From Eledone cirrhosa (taxonomy: Eukaryota), in NCBI GenBank assembly GCA_964016885.1, contig OZ024743.1, forward strand, positions 353,276,001-353,340,000: a stretch of 64,000 bases of DNA, written 5' to 3'. Each line of letters begins with the position of its first letter. The first letter of the stretch is position 1. The translations under genes and the position numbers were made by a program. Below, piece by piece: positions 37,040 through 51,220 of this stretch. A model generated the notes under the pieces. It saw only the letters and a program-made list of their open reading frames with translations. It did not search any database and was not told the DNA's origin.

Positions 37040-37235
37040 GGTCTGAGTGGCGCCCCACGGACAAAATATCAACGGCATTACTGCGGAGAATGGTCAGAGA
37101 CACCTGAAGGAAGAGGGTTAATCCGCCAGGGCGCTTGCCATCGCCACGATCGAGGCCAGCCGGTTCCAATCGTGAAGAGTAACCGGCTGCGACGATGCTT
37201 CTTTCTGATGATGTCATTCAGAGCGGCATGACGGG
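37040..37235 (-). mobile_element. CRE-like endonuclease fragment
   Basis: RHAALNDII and LEPAGLDRGDGKRPGGLT. Confidence 0.7.
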
Positions 37236-38639
37236 GGGTGGATTAAGATAAAAGTTGGAATACATTACACGAAGAGGCAAGTAATGAGTGAAAGCCAGTT
37301 ATGCACGCTCACATGCAAACAGATAAGACGTATGCACACACAAACACAAGTAATTATCATCTGCTGAGACTAAGTATTTGTACTAAATTTACGTTTTCAT
37401 GATACTCTTTCTTCATTTTTTTTTCTTTAACAGTCTCTTTTTATATAGTTGTGAATGGGATTAAAGCGAATACGTTGGTGTTTCTTAGTCTGGTTATATA
37501 TATTTATTTATTTTGTTCACGATATTCTTAGCTGGTCGAACGGCCATGACTTCGACGTTGTTGAACACATTTAAACTGATTCAAATAATGATCAAAGGGA
37601 AATAATTCGTGCAGGCCTTCTGCTGTATGTTGCAAGATTTACTTCCCTTCGATAAATTTATCTGATATAACTGATATTTTGTTCAAGAAATTTCCTTTTC
37701 ACTGTAGTTAATATTGTATGTAGTTAATATGACCCCTAAACTTCTAGAGCAGATTTCACAGTATTACTGCGTCTTATATAGATAGGATACACACTGTTAA
37801 TTTCTCTGATAGTTGTCCAGAATACAGACTCCAATATTTATAGAAGTGTTGCGAATAATGTAGTGAAATTGTTGCTTTATACGATTCACACACACATAAA
37901 TTTAACTAACTGCATGCGCATTTGATTCATTTATATATTGTTCTGTTAAGTGGTTGGTTTTTAGAAAGGGCTTGCAGCCGTAGAGACCATGCCAAAAAAA
38001 ATGAAGTGTTCGCTAAATTCTTCAGCTGTGTCAAAGCCAAAACTCCCTAGTACTAGTACCCAAATAAAATGGTCTACTTGATGAGGGCTAAAATGGAGTT
38101 AATCAAGAACAATAAAGGAGCTTCAGTTGTAAAGAACTTTGGTTAGAGATTCAGATAGGGCTGATTTGTTAAATAGTTTAGCAATCATTAAAAGATAGGA
38201 TAAAATGCTCTACAGTATTTGTTCTGGGTGTCTGTGCTTGAGTTCAATCCTATTGTAGTCAACTTTGGCACTTCAATTCTGAATGAATGGAAAACTGTCT
38301 AGAATGATGAAATGACAGAATTGTTAGTGTTGGAATATTGGTTCCAGCTCAAGTCCTACTGTTTCCTACGTCTCTGGTAAAGATTATCTGTTGCCCAGTT
38401 TAACACCATTACCTAGACTTCAAGATGCTTTTAGCAGGGTTCACTCTGTTGCAAACATTTGAACCCCCGTTTCAAGTTAGAGGTTACCTTTCTTCCTCCT
38501 CCCTTGGGTGACCCTGAAAGATGTTATGGATATTGCCCTTCTCTCCCTCAGTAGGTAAAAAAAAAAAAAGCAATTAGTATTGAAAGTAAAGCATTAAAGA
38601 AACATTAGCACGATATTACCACCTCTTCAGACACCGCTT

Positions 38640-39290
38640 ACATCTATACTGCTTATCTGGTACTGTTTGTGTTCTATAATTTAGCTGCCTTCTTTCCTCC
38701 GCCGATCCTCATTGTTGAGGGCCGGGTCCATACACAACTGCACCAATGTTCTTCACTGGCTTCTCTCCCCCAACCCTGACTGCACTACACCAGTATTCTC
38801 CTGTTCAATCTTTGATGTCATCAGTGCAGTGTTGCCTTGGTGGTCTTCTCAGTCTCTTCCGATTGAGTCATCCTTTCAGGATGTAGGTGCAGAGGTTCTG
38901 GTCCTTAATGACATAGTTAAAGTATTATAGCTTTTGTTTCCTTATGGTTGCAACCAATTGCCTCTCTAATCCCATCTCCTCCAAGACTGACTCATTTTTT
39001 TTTTTGTGGTCAGTCCAGCTAATGTGCAGAGCTCGCCTTTAGTATGTGGTCTCAAATGACATTAGCTTAACATTGGCAGTCTTCAGAGTCCAGGTTTTGC
39101 AGACATAGTTTACCACCAGCCACACTAGTGTGTCCAGGAGCTTCAACTTGATGCTATTGTGGAGAGCATGGTTTTTCCACAAGGTGTTAAGCAACCTAAA
39201 TGCAAATCTTGCTGTCCCTAGCCAAGAAGTGGTCTTGTGACAACCATTTTCTATTTGAACTATGATGGTTCTCAGGTACTTCAACTATAA
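38640..39290 (-). mobile_element. Old RTE/BovB-like LINE 3' fragment (different family)
   Basis: KYL...IKLKLLDTLVW.VV.Y.CKTWTLK...FE motif series. Confidence 0.7.
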
Positions 39291-39899
39291 TTTGTAGTGA
39301 GATAAATAGAGATTGATGAAATAAGCAAGAGACTTAAAAGTATATGCGGGGGTTGATTTAATCAACTAAATCATGGAAGATGGTGCATACAAAATGGTCT
39401 ACAGCTATAAAGTAGCAATACATGACGAGAAATTATTATGGAACCAAATAAATTCTATGTTGGAATGGATATATGTAATATGAATGTAATACTGGCTGGG
39501 TAAAAAAGTATCAAATGGGTAAAAATAGATGGTTGCTGAATATTAATAACTTTGATAAAGTTTCTTCTCCACTCTCATCTTACGTTTGAGATCACAACAG
39601 GTGATTTTTGTTAATCATCATCATCGTTTAACATCTATTTTCTACACTAGCATGGATTAGACGGGTTGTCCTGTTTGAGGCAAGTCGGGTCAGATGACCG
39701 TATCTTGCTCGTATAAGACTGTTTCTGGTTTGATTTTTACAACTAGATGACCTTCCTAATGCCAACCGCATTTACAGTATGTGCTGGGTGCTTTTTGTTG
39801 TGTCACCTACATGACAACTTTAGTGTGGACTGGGTGCTTTTTGTTGATACCTACACAACCACTTTACAGTGTGGGCTAGGTTCGTTTTGTGCTAGGTCC

Positions 39900-41040
39900 T
39901 GTGGAATACAGTCATATGCTTTTTGAGGTCTGTGAGCAAGAATACATCTCTTGGCAACATTCTCACGATTTCTCAAAGATATGCTGCAGTGTGACTATTT
40001 GATAGGCTGTGCTCATCTAGAGCGAAAACCAAATTGTTTTTCAGCTAGCTTGGACTTGACAATATGCCTACATCTCTTTCCCAGACACTTAGCATAGACT
40101 TTCCCTGGGAGGCTTAACAAGATGATTCCTCTATAATTGGAGCAATCTCTCGTCTTCCTTTTTGAAAATTGGTATTATCACTGGCGATTGTCATTGCTTA
40201 GGTGCCTTTCCAGAGATCCAGGCCACCCGACACACACAAGTCAGCCAGAGAATACCTTTTCTGTTTAAGGCTTTTAGCATCTTGGGCCAAATTTCATCCT
40301 CTTCAGCAGCCTTACCACATTTGAGCTCTGGTGACTTCAGCCTCTGAGAAGTTAATAATTGCTCTCAGATATACCTCATGTACATCAGATCAGCAAAATT
40401 TTCTCTTCACCTCATGAGGATGCACCTCTCTAATGAGAGGAGAATGCCAGACGCTTTTCTGATAGCAAGTGTGGAGGACTTATTATTATGAAAGTCGGCG
40501 GACTGTTTGCCAGAACACTTTATTTGTTGATCTGAAGTTGGATTCCAGTTTAACTTTGGACAACTTTTCTGCCTTGGTTACACTGATCTTCATGCCAACA
40601 TGCAACATATATCCTCTAAGGTTCTCAGTTATTGATTGAACATCTATGTAATTATTACCAACTAATTATTACCATAAAGTCAAAATCAACAAGACTGAAG
40701 TCTCATCCAACAGCAAAATGTTAAATGAATCTAGGGGGAGTCAAATTCCTTGTTGTTACAGCAAACCTGTAGAGCAGTAAGTATGCTCTTATTAGGTTCA
40801 GCAACTTCACAAGTAGCCTATCTGCAATCATGTCTCAGAATGTGCTGCAATTGAAATAATCAAAAGCTGCTGCAAAGTTGACAAAACAAGTGGTTGTTTA
40901 CTGCTGGTAGTTCCACTGTTATTCTAGAACCCTTCTCAAGGTGAAGATTCGATTTTATTTTATTTGGTCAGGTGCATTGATCACAGCCCTTTTGAAATCT
41001 TCGCGGAAGAATGTTGGTAGATACTGCAAGAGTGCAACTT
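39900..41040 (-). mobile_element. Degraded RTE-like LINE fragments
   Basis: NYRGIILLSLPGKVYAK and QFGFR on the minus strand. 40410-40550 resembles 48945-49095. Confidence 0.7.
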
Positions 41041-42033
41041 TCTAAGATATGTATTTAGCCATCTAATACGTATATTAAAACCCTCTTATCTCTTTGTATG
41101 AAGTAAAATAGTGTGTGGGACGACAGAATCAATAAATTAATTTAATACTGATTTTATATCAAACACCTAAGAAAATACTTCTGTGGTGGGTACTTCATAG
41201 GATTTTACTAGGGTAAATTTAAAGAACTATACCTGACTCGCGTTCGAGATGAAATTTTGTTTTCTCCTGTTTTGAACGAATACAAATTTACCCTAGTGGT
41301 AATTTTTTACATTTGATTGGGGGGGAAGAGTCATCTCCAGCTTGGAGGTCAGATTCGTTCAAAATACAGGGAAAAAACATAATTTCACTTAAAACGTGGG
41401 ACGGGTGTAGTTCTATAAATGTACCATATATTTCTACAATTCTTTCCTCACACGAAAATGTGGCAGTGGTAGAGGTTAGTTTCTAGACATGTTGAACCAC
41501 AGCACCCATGGCCCTTTTTCGGACGCCTTCGGAAAGAAGAAGTTGTCCTTAGAACTGGAGACATGGTCCCAAATACATGTAACAGAGTGAACTCCGTTAA
41601 AGCTAGACAAGAGACAGGTGATAAGGTTAAAAAAGCAGGCGGATTAACCACCCACAATAGACATTACAAACTGAAACATTCCTTATTTCGTCGTTTATAT
41701 AAGAATAATCACATGTCAAACTATCTTTGTGATTGTATACTTTAAAACAAAATCAAATCTACACATGTTCAATATCTTAATCGTTGGTACACTGTAAAAA
41801 ATGATTTTTTTTCTAGTTATAGTTTATGTACTCGTTATATTTTGCGTTTATGGATATTATGTAAAATATGGCCCACATAATATACTAACCAATTTTAGGT
41901 TATTTAATATATCGAAATACCTCGTTATTTTCGAGATCTAGTAAATACAATACGATATAAATAATAATTTAATTATATATGTGTGGTGATAATAAACAAA
42001 CATGCCTTCAAAAACAATACCTCTGTCACTTAC

Positions 42034-42200
42034 CTGGTCAGTAGTAGTAGAGGTATGCGAAAGACAATATTTAGGTTGCTTTTAACATGTGTTAGTTTAA
42101 AAGTCAGTAAAAATGACGGAAGTTACAACTATTCAGCAGTTAATATTATTTTTCAATGTTTACTTTGCCTGTGTTTGGAAACATCACGTATCCCAAAAAT
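42034..42200 (-). other. Candidate non-coding first exon of anamorsin (5' boundary unknown)
   Basis: Perfect donor CAG|GTAAGT on the minus strand at 42034/42033 in sequence not assigned to a repeat. The ATG exon has an acceptor 1 nt before the ATG, so an upstream UTR exon is required. Confidence 0.4.
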
Positions 42201-42819
42201 AACAATCAGAAAAAGTTTTGAAAAAATAATGATAATAATAATTTTCTATTGTATATTCATAAAAACTCGAATAATCATCTATTTTTTTTTCTTATTTTTA
42301 TTTTTTTAAATACAAGTCCGGACTTTAAGTAAGTATTCAAAACAAACAAAAAAATATTTAGACGTTAGACGAATGTAGTTCTATAAATTTACCATATATT
42401 TGTACAATTCTTTACTCTCACGAAAATGTGGCTGTAGTAAATGTTTCTGTTTCTAGTCATATTAAACCACAACATCCATGCCCCTTTTCGGGTGCTTTTG
42501 TTCTCTTTAAAAGTACACGTGCAATGTTATCAGTTTACAAATCTAAAGCAGTTTTATTGTTTATAATTCTTACAGAATGAAAATATAAACACATATAATA
42601 CAATTAATATTTCATAGTTGCACAAACAACATTACAAATCGTTTGCAATTCCTTCAGAATGAAAATATAAACAGAGCATATAAATAAATTTACAGTAGAA
42701 TAACATAACAAATATGTTTTAAATATATACATAAATAACATTACAAATGCCTCGGTAACACTACAAAGGATGATATAATGAAAGATATATTCCTTCAATG
42801 CTACAATATTAAAGAAAAT

Positions 42820-44840
42820 GTAAAAGAAGGGGTGAACAACGGAGCCAACACCAGAGCAAAAGACAGCAACGTCGCGAGTACTTGGCAGCTTCTCTAATGA
42901 TTTTTTAGGCAAACCAGCACACTCGCAGCGTTGCCTCGGGTGATGGCGAGGCTGATGGGCTGAAACAGCCAAGCACCCTCGCGAGATACGCCAGTCACTT
43001 CAATTAGGCGAGCTGCCAGTGAGGAAAGGAACCTCGCAGTCAGCGGCCCGACTCCTCCAAACGTCTCGAAAGCCACAGGCTGAAAAATGTAGCTGGTCGG
43101 CAGATCAGAGTATTTGAGGGTCTTACTCCTCTCGGCTGCATAAGCTGTAGCTCTCGTCTTAACCGCAGCATCCAGGATGTGGGAAAGAGCAAAGGAGTCA
43201 CTAACAGTGACGTCTCAGACAAGGCACCTGCCTCTCGACCAGGGGCACAGGGTAAGACCATCAGGTCTTTTGCCGTCACTTCTGGACAACCCAGATGGTT
43301 CCAAGACTGAGGGGATATTCGCCCGAGCCAAAGCTCTCTTCAGAATGAGGTTTAGTTCCGTGTGACGCGCGAAGCGGCCGGCATTCAGGCGGCAAGAAAG
43401 ACCGTGGAGTCGAGGAGTTTGCCGCATCGACACCTCAAACCCATGCAGACGTCGGCTCCCACTCTGAGGGCGATGGAGACACGAAGTTCGTCCAGGCTGA
43501 GTAGGCCACCAATGTTGGCCACGAGTAGGGCATCGACCCAGTCGCCTGAGTATTTGGCGCTGGCAGATAGTAAGCGGCACCTTGCAAACTAATCTGACTG
43601 GACGAAGAGGGAGCCGAAGGTGGCCTTCGAACTTATGCTGTCCCAAGCTCTCTGACTTCGACTGTCCTCCACCTTGTCAGGAAGAGACAAACCCAACTCA
43701 TTCCATTGCTGGAGAGCTTCACCCAACTCCCTGTTGGAAATAGTCCATGTTGGAGAGGAGAGAATGCTCCTCACCAGGGTGGAGCAAGCGTGGGTGGAGG
43801 AAAGGAAGCAGGGGAGAGAGAGGGACGAACACTTACGGAGACCAAGACCCCCAAATCGCTTGGGCAACGCAGCCTGATCGCGGGACTCCGGAGAGAGTCT
43901 AACATTGACCAGACACTAGAGTCTCTCGAAGATTAGGTCGTCGAAGCGTTGGAGGCAGGATGGAAATCTATGAGAGGGGCTGACCCTGAGCAGATACAGA
44001 AGCTTAGGAATAGACAGGTAGTTCCTGAGTAAGAAGAAACCTTGAAACTTCGATAACTTCGATATTCCTCAGCAGCTGCCCAAGGCCAACCATCTTCGAT
44101 TGGAAGGTTGACTCGAAGGCCAGGTCTGTGATTGGGGCTCCTAAGGAGCACCAAACCGACGGAGGAGGGACCGCGATGGAAGAGAAGGACTCTGCGAACA
44201 GGTCGATCAGCTGTTGGTGTTGAAAAGCCGGGTGGTTGAGGTTCCAGAGCTCACATTTGGAGCTATTGATCTGGAGACCCCGGCGACCAAACTCCTCTAC
44301 CATCCTGTTGGCAGTGGCGAGAACCATATCCGGAGTTCCCCCCAAACAGGCCTCGTCGAGGTACTAGACATTGAGGTCCAACTCATCGCCCATCTTGGTG
44401 ACGTCATCAATGCCCAGTGCAAACAGTGCGGGCCCGAGTGGGTCACCCTGTTGGACTCCTTAGGCAGAGGTGATGATCTGGTCACCGAAAGAGAGGTAGG
44501 AGGGCTCCCGATAAGCCTGCCAAGCAAAGTGGTAGAGTTGTGGGACCCTCTCTCTTACTGAGCCGAGGACGATGTCGCGGCTGACGGAATTGAAGGCATT
44601 CCTGAGGTCAAGTTTGAGGATGACCCTGGGTGACGAGGAGGGCAAGTTGGCAAATGCTCTGGCAGCGTGGACAGATGCCTCACATCCCAACCTGGTACCC
44701 ACCCCCAGCTGGATGGGGGAAAATTCCTCCGCCAGTGAGTCGGAGACCAACAGCAAACACGCCTTTGCAGTTAGGCAGTGAAGAGTGCAGCCAACCGCAA
44801 TGGGGCGCAGGTCCCCGTTGGGCTTGGTGAGACCAAATAT
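42820..44840 (-). mobile_element. CRE-like non-LTR retrotransposon with restriction-like endonuclease, 5'-truncated and disrupted
   Basis: LRPIAVG, QLGVG..GCEA.VHA, KLDLRNAFNS, GVQQGDPLGP.LF, YLDE, LP...GGLGLR, C-C/H-C knuckle, RH..LN, RPDG..PW..G, P.AFETFG, S.AI.RGNA. Confidence 0.88.
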
Positions 44841-45824
44841 CAGTTTTGAGTTAACAATCGTTAGAAAACCGGTCGAAATACTTTGTCGGGGTCGATTTTG
44901 TTTTTATCTTTAAAATCGATAAAATAAAGCTATACATATTTGTAACATCATCATCATCATCATCATCATCACCGTTTAACGTTCATTTTTTTACGCTAGC
45001 ATGGTTTAGACGGGTTGTCCCGTTGTGAGCCAAGTCAGATCAGGTGACTGTGACTTGCTCATACAGAACTGTTTCTGGCTTGGTGTCTGACTGGAACCCT
45101 TCCTAACGTCAACCACATTTTCATATGTGTATGTGTGTGAGTTCCGTGTTCAATCGGGGGTAACCACAGTAAGTGAGGCACTTTATAATACATTAATAGA
45201 GTGTAAACATCATGTTTAATATAGAAATAGCTTCTACAGGACTAGAACTGTTTAATTAAAAACAAATCACCAGGGGGGGGGGGGTTGCATCGCCAGTCTG
45301 AAAAGCAGATCGATAATGGAGTCGGGTTCATAACTTCTATGGGTGACCCAGAGCCAATCGTCTGCGTAACAGATCGAATCCCCAAAACCTAAATATTGTA
45401 AACGAAACTTCATTGTTTTATTAATATTTACACTTTGCCTGGGCATTGAGTGCTTATTTTGTACCACCACCAGTAATTCACTGAGTCACCTATATATATG
45501 TATGTTCGAGTATATATATATATATATGTATGTGTCTGTGTGTGTATGTGTGTGTGTGCGCGCGCACGTATGTATGTGTCTAGTAATAATAAAATACAAA
45601 GAATAGGTTTCCATAAATTCCTTTATTGCGTAATTTGCTGTAATACGCATTTCTGTGGTGTCATTGTTATGACATGATGTTACGACGCTATTCTTGACAC
45701 GACGTTTTCAGACACCCTCTTGAATAATACATTTAATTATACAATCCATTTTAAGGCACTGCAAGGTATGATATGGAGACAGACCTGCTTTCGATGTTAT
45801 TATTCTGAAAGTTTGTGTATATAT

Positions 45825-46000
45825 ATTACACACACACATACATACATATACACACACACACATATATATATATACACACACACACACACATACATACATA
45901 TATATACACACACACACACATATATATATATACACACACACACATATATATACACACACACACATATATATACACACACACACACACATATATATATATA
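45825..46000. repeat. Compound (CA)/(TA) microsatellite
   Basis: Direct reading; abuts the mariner TIR. A similar TA-rich tract lies at 47285-47500. Confidence 0.95.
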
Positions 46001-47284
46001 CGAGGGGGGATCAAAAAGTTCGCGGAATTTTATCGTAGTAAGAAAAAAATAGGTTAAAACAATATTAAACATGTCAGAACATTGTCACTGGGTGTTTACC
46101 TTGCTATTAGTCATTTGTAGTCAGTTATGCGTGGACTATTGTACAGTACTGACACACTTTTGGAACAATGGAAAATAGTTATTTTGAGATAAGATCGAAT
46201 ATCAAGTTTCTGGTGAAACTCAAATGGAAGGGACACAGATTATGGAGGCTTTAGTTAAAGTTTACGGTACTACTGCTCCAAAGAAAACTGCTGTCTACAA
46301 GTGGATTCAGCGATTCACACAAGGGAAAGACGACCTTGAAGACGACCATCGCAGTGGAAGACTAGGAACATCAAAAAATGACCAAACGTTGAGGCTGCTC
46401 AGACTTTAATTGAAGAAGATCGAAGAATAACAGTTAATCAGTTAGACATTTCATATGGTTCGGCAAATTCAATTCTGCATGATAATTTGGGACTAAGCAA
46501 GCTTTCAGTGCGATGGGTCACAAGAGCGTTGCGCCCTGATCAGCTGATTCTTCGAAGTGATCTGTCTTTGGCGATATTAAACAAATTTGAAGTTGATGAA
46601 GAGCATTTCCTGACCAGAATCATCACCGGAGATGAAACCTGGATCTACCAGTATGATCCTGAATCCAAACAGCAGTCAAAACAGTGGCTTCCGCGTGGAT
46701 CATCGGGACCAATCAAGTTCAAATCTCAAAAGTCGGATAAAAAAGTGATGGCCACCATTTTCTGGGATTCAGATGGGGTGATACTAATAGATTATCTTGA
46801 AAGTCAAAGAACTGTGACAGGAGCTTACTATGCAAATGTTTTAAGGAAACTGAAAGAGGCATTAGTCAAGAAACGAAAAGGGAAACTTCATGGTGGGATC
46901 TTGTTTGACCATAACAATGCACCAGCGCATTCTGCGCGGGTTGCAAAAGAAGTTCTTCGAGAATTTCGATGGGAAGTGCTTCCTCACCCGCCTTATAGTC
47001 CAGATTTAGCCCCATCAGACTTTTTCCTCTTTCCAAAACTCAAAGAAATGCTAAAAGGAACCCCTTTTAGTGGTGTTGAAGAAGCTAAAAACACTGCCAA
47101 CACATGGCTTTGAACAAGGCCTTCAACTTTCTTTAGAGACGGCTTACAAAGCTGGAAGCATCGCCTTGTGAAGTGTATTGACCTGGATGGCAACTATGTA
47201 GAAAAATAAATTGAAGGTAAATCATATTTTTTGAAAAATAGAATATTTTCTGAAAAATTCCGTGAACTTTTTGATCCCCCCTCG
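46001..47284 (+). mobile_element. Full-length mariner transposon, defective transposase
   Basis: ~31 bp TIRs CGAGGGGGGATCAAAAAGTTC.CGGAATTTT with TA flanks. Transposase 46168-47209 with RWV, TGDETW, HNNAPAH, YSPDLAPSD; frameshifts and a stop at 47111. Confidence 0.96.
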
Positions 47285-47285
47285 T

Positions 47286-47350
<65 letters not shown>

Positions 47351-47390
47351 TTATACATATATATATATGTATATATATATGTATGTATAT

Positions 47391-47423
<33 letters not shown>

Positions 47424-47479
47424 GTATGTATATTATATATATATATAATATACATATAATATATATAATATATATATGT

Positions 47480-48333
<854 letters not shown>

Positions 48334-48609
48334 AAATATTCATATAAACATCCGTCTCGGGTTCGGGTGGAAATTTGTTTATGCTCTTTTTTTCATGTTT
48401 TCAACGAATCTGATCGGAGGAGGAAAATATATTTCAAAACATGTTAAAAAATTTTAATCCTCTTATTTGACACGAAACCATACTGATACTCATATAATTA
48501 AAAATGAAAGTCATTTAAAATTGTTTAACTTAGGTTTAAGGTAAGAAAACACCGAGTGCTACTACTACCGCCACTCAACTAAAAAAAGAATAATTTCAGA
48601 AGGTTTTGA

Positions 48610-49900
48610 AGGTCAGAGTCGTTCAAAACACACTAATAAACGCAAGAAACTTGTAATAAAATCTCCAAGGGTGGGAACCACCGAGCTTCATCCCTAAACC
48701 CGTTTCTCTGTTTCCTGCTAGCAAAGGTAAGACATGTTGTCACGTACCGGTCTGTACAGAAAAGGAGTGTATTTCATCGTGGCACGAACATTAGGTAAGT
48801 CCTCTTGCCTTTGGCAGAGCTCAAGTGTCTTCCTGATTCTTCGTTTGGCAGCCTCCAAGAGGTTAGTCATCGCTCCCAGGTACACCTCGTGTACATCAAA
48901 AGATGCTGTTGTGATCGGGTTAATGAGATCAGCAAAGTATTCTCTACACCTCGCGAGGATGCACCTCTCTGAAGAGAGGAGAATTCCAGACGCGTTCCTG
49001 ATAGCAGGCGTAGAGGAGGCCTTCTTATTATGAAGTCGGGGCCTGGCCTACCAGAACACTTTATTTGCTGATCTGAAATCGGATTCTAGCTTAATCCCAA
49101 AGTCCCTCTATATCTTAAATTTGGACGCCTTTACTGTCTCTACTGCGACTTTCCGTGCCTGTTTGAGCCACAAGTGCAAGAAGGAGGACATATTTCCAAG
49201 TCAAGTCTCCTTCTTTGATCGGATGGCATCTTAGACCAATTGATTGTACCAAGGAGTCCTCCTGCCACCCGGCGCCATACCAAGCTGCTATCGCCCGCAG
49301 TATTTAACAGCTGAAGCAGAAACTGCCGAGCTGAACAGTTTTCCCAGGGAGTTCTCTGAATGTGGATGTAATAGTATCCGCAAAACTTCCTTAGCTGTCT
49401 CCCATTAGGATAGGTTGCTTGCCCATCGCCAGTTTTGGGTGGATACAGCAATATATACTTTCGAAAAGGCCCCTCTACATAAGGCTTGAACACATCCCTT
49501 GTTATCTCATGGGAAGGACGATACGGTATGGATGCCTTTTCTGTTTCCGACCATATTGCAGTATTATGGTGGCCTCATTCGCACCAGTCACCAATATGGT
49601 AATTTTCTCAGACCCTCGAAGACTAGACTTTTTTAGAGGTAGCCTTTATTCGTCTCGTCGTAGTTACATCACTAGGTTATGAGAGTTTTCTTGGGAGCTA
49701 ACAGTGTCACCCAATTTCTCCATCTCCCCTAGTAGATTACCGCTGTTGATCCGAGGTTGTTTATTCATCTAGCAAGATCCCCACTTATATCGCAATTAAC
49801 CATCAAATCTGGTGGCAGTATCGGTATTCTCCACCTGCGACTCGTTTTCTAGCAAAACAGCTCTGCCGAGAATAACCACAGTTGTCTGCTATGAATAATA
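48610..49900 (-). mobile_element. Degraded LINE 5' region related to 39.9-40.6 kb
   Basis: Shared block gaggatgcacctctct...tgatagca...ttattatgaa; NGRQL..FC endonuclease-like remnant. Confidence 0.55.
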
Positions 49901-50114
49901 AGTTAGAAAATCGGGTAAAATACCTCTATAAACGGGAAAAGTAGACAGCTGCCACTGCGAAGAATCGAATTCCGTACCTCTGAAATTTCGACTGAGTGTT
50001 TTAAACCATTGAGCTAAACGTCAGGGATCGTCTAGCTCGATGGTTTAGATAACTCAGTCGGAATTTGAGAGTTACACATTTCGATTCACTCCTCCTGATT
50101 TTGCGGAGATAAAC

Positions 50115-50760
50115 GGCAGTTCAAGAACCAAGGACTTTAGAGGTCATGACGGCGACCGGCTTACAAAGGAAGTACTGAGTCAAGTCCCCGTATTTTGCCA
50201 TCTTCTCGTCCTCCGTGTTACGAGCGTCGATGCTCGGGTCTGTGGCCGAATCAACAAGGTTCATGTGGCAATACGAGGCGTCCCAAATTAAAGATTTACC
50301 TCCCTCGTATGGGATGAGAGTTACACCAACACGACGGCCGAGGCCGGCAGGCTCCTGATATGATGGGTAAACGGTAGCATCATGGCAGCTTTTGATGACG
50401 TCGTTCAAGGCAGCATGTCGAAAAAACCCACCTGCACTGTGACAAGAGAACATGCAGAGTCCGAATTCACCGAGAATGGCTCCACAACGGCAGTTATGTG
50501 GATCACACATGCGGAGGCCGAGGCGCAGGGCCACTCACCAAGAAGGATAATGGTTGACGAACAGGGCATCGAATTAAGCCACGTGTTGCTGTTTGGCTGC
50601 GAGCCAGAACTGTGGGAAGCGTGACGGTGTTGACCTAAGGAAGAGCCGATCCGTTTGAGGGTTGACCTGCATTTGATGTCGTCCCAGTTGTGTTGGAAAC
50701 TTGCACACTGGAGTATGATGAAGTCAACCCAAACGGCCAGAGCTGACTCCAGTTCCTAGT
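50115..50760 (-). mobile_element. CRE-like retrotransposon 3' fragment
   Basis: ALRLG...C.PH.CRCG...C....G...RHAALND...EPAGL...WDA...K..KY..L.....PVAV. Confidence 0.8.
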
Positions 50761-50805
50761 CCACGCCTGGTTCTGTTGTCTTGCGTTTTTAAGTACTGGG
50801 TGTCT

Positions 50806-51220
50806 TTATATGTACAGAATGTGCTTATATGTACAGAATGTGCTTATATGTACAGAATGTGCTTATATGTATAGAATGTGCTTATATGTACAGAATGTGC
50901 TTATATGTACAGAATGTGCTTATATGTATAGAATGTGCTTATATGTACAGAATGTGCTTATATGTACAGAATGTGCTTATATGTACAGAATGTGCTTATA
51001 TGTACAGAATGTGCTTATATGTATAGAATGTGCTTATATGTATAGAATGTGCTTATATGTACAGAATGTGCTTATATGTATAGAATGTGCTTATATGTAT
51101 AGAATGTGTTTATATGTATAGAATGTGCTTATATGTATAGAATGTGCTTATATGTACAGAATGTGCTTATATGTATAGAATGTGCTTATATGTACAGAAT
51201 GTGCTTATATGTATAGAATG
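50806..51220. repeat. 19-bp minisatellite, about 22 copies
   Basis: Unit TTATATGTA(C/T)AGAATGTGC, almost invariant. Confidence 0.97.

Noticed and set aside
45265-45490. G-run followed by a CpG-rich segment with CCAAT, resembling PPT plus solo LTR or a promoter
   Set aside because: No clear TG...CA ends, TSD or second copy; insufficient support.
45708-46072. Several Cys/Val/Tyr or His/Thr-rich ORFs (also 1079-1405, 6890-7102, 8005-8229, 47231-47668)
   Set aside because: Translations of microsatellites.
50806-51220. CRISPR-like regular array and the repetitive ORFs 50810-51121
   Set aside because: Units are contiguous with no unique spacers, there are no cas genes, and the context is eukaryotic. 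It is a minisatellite and the ORFs are artefacts.
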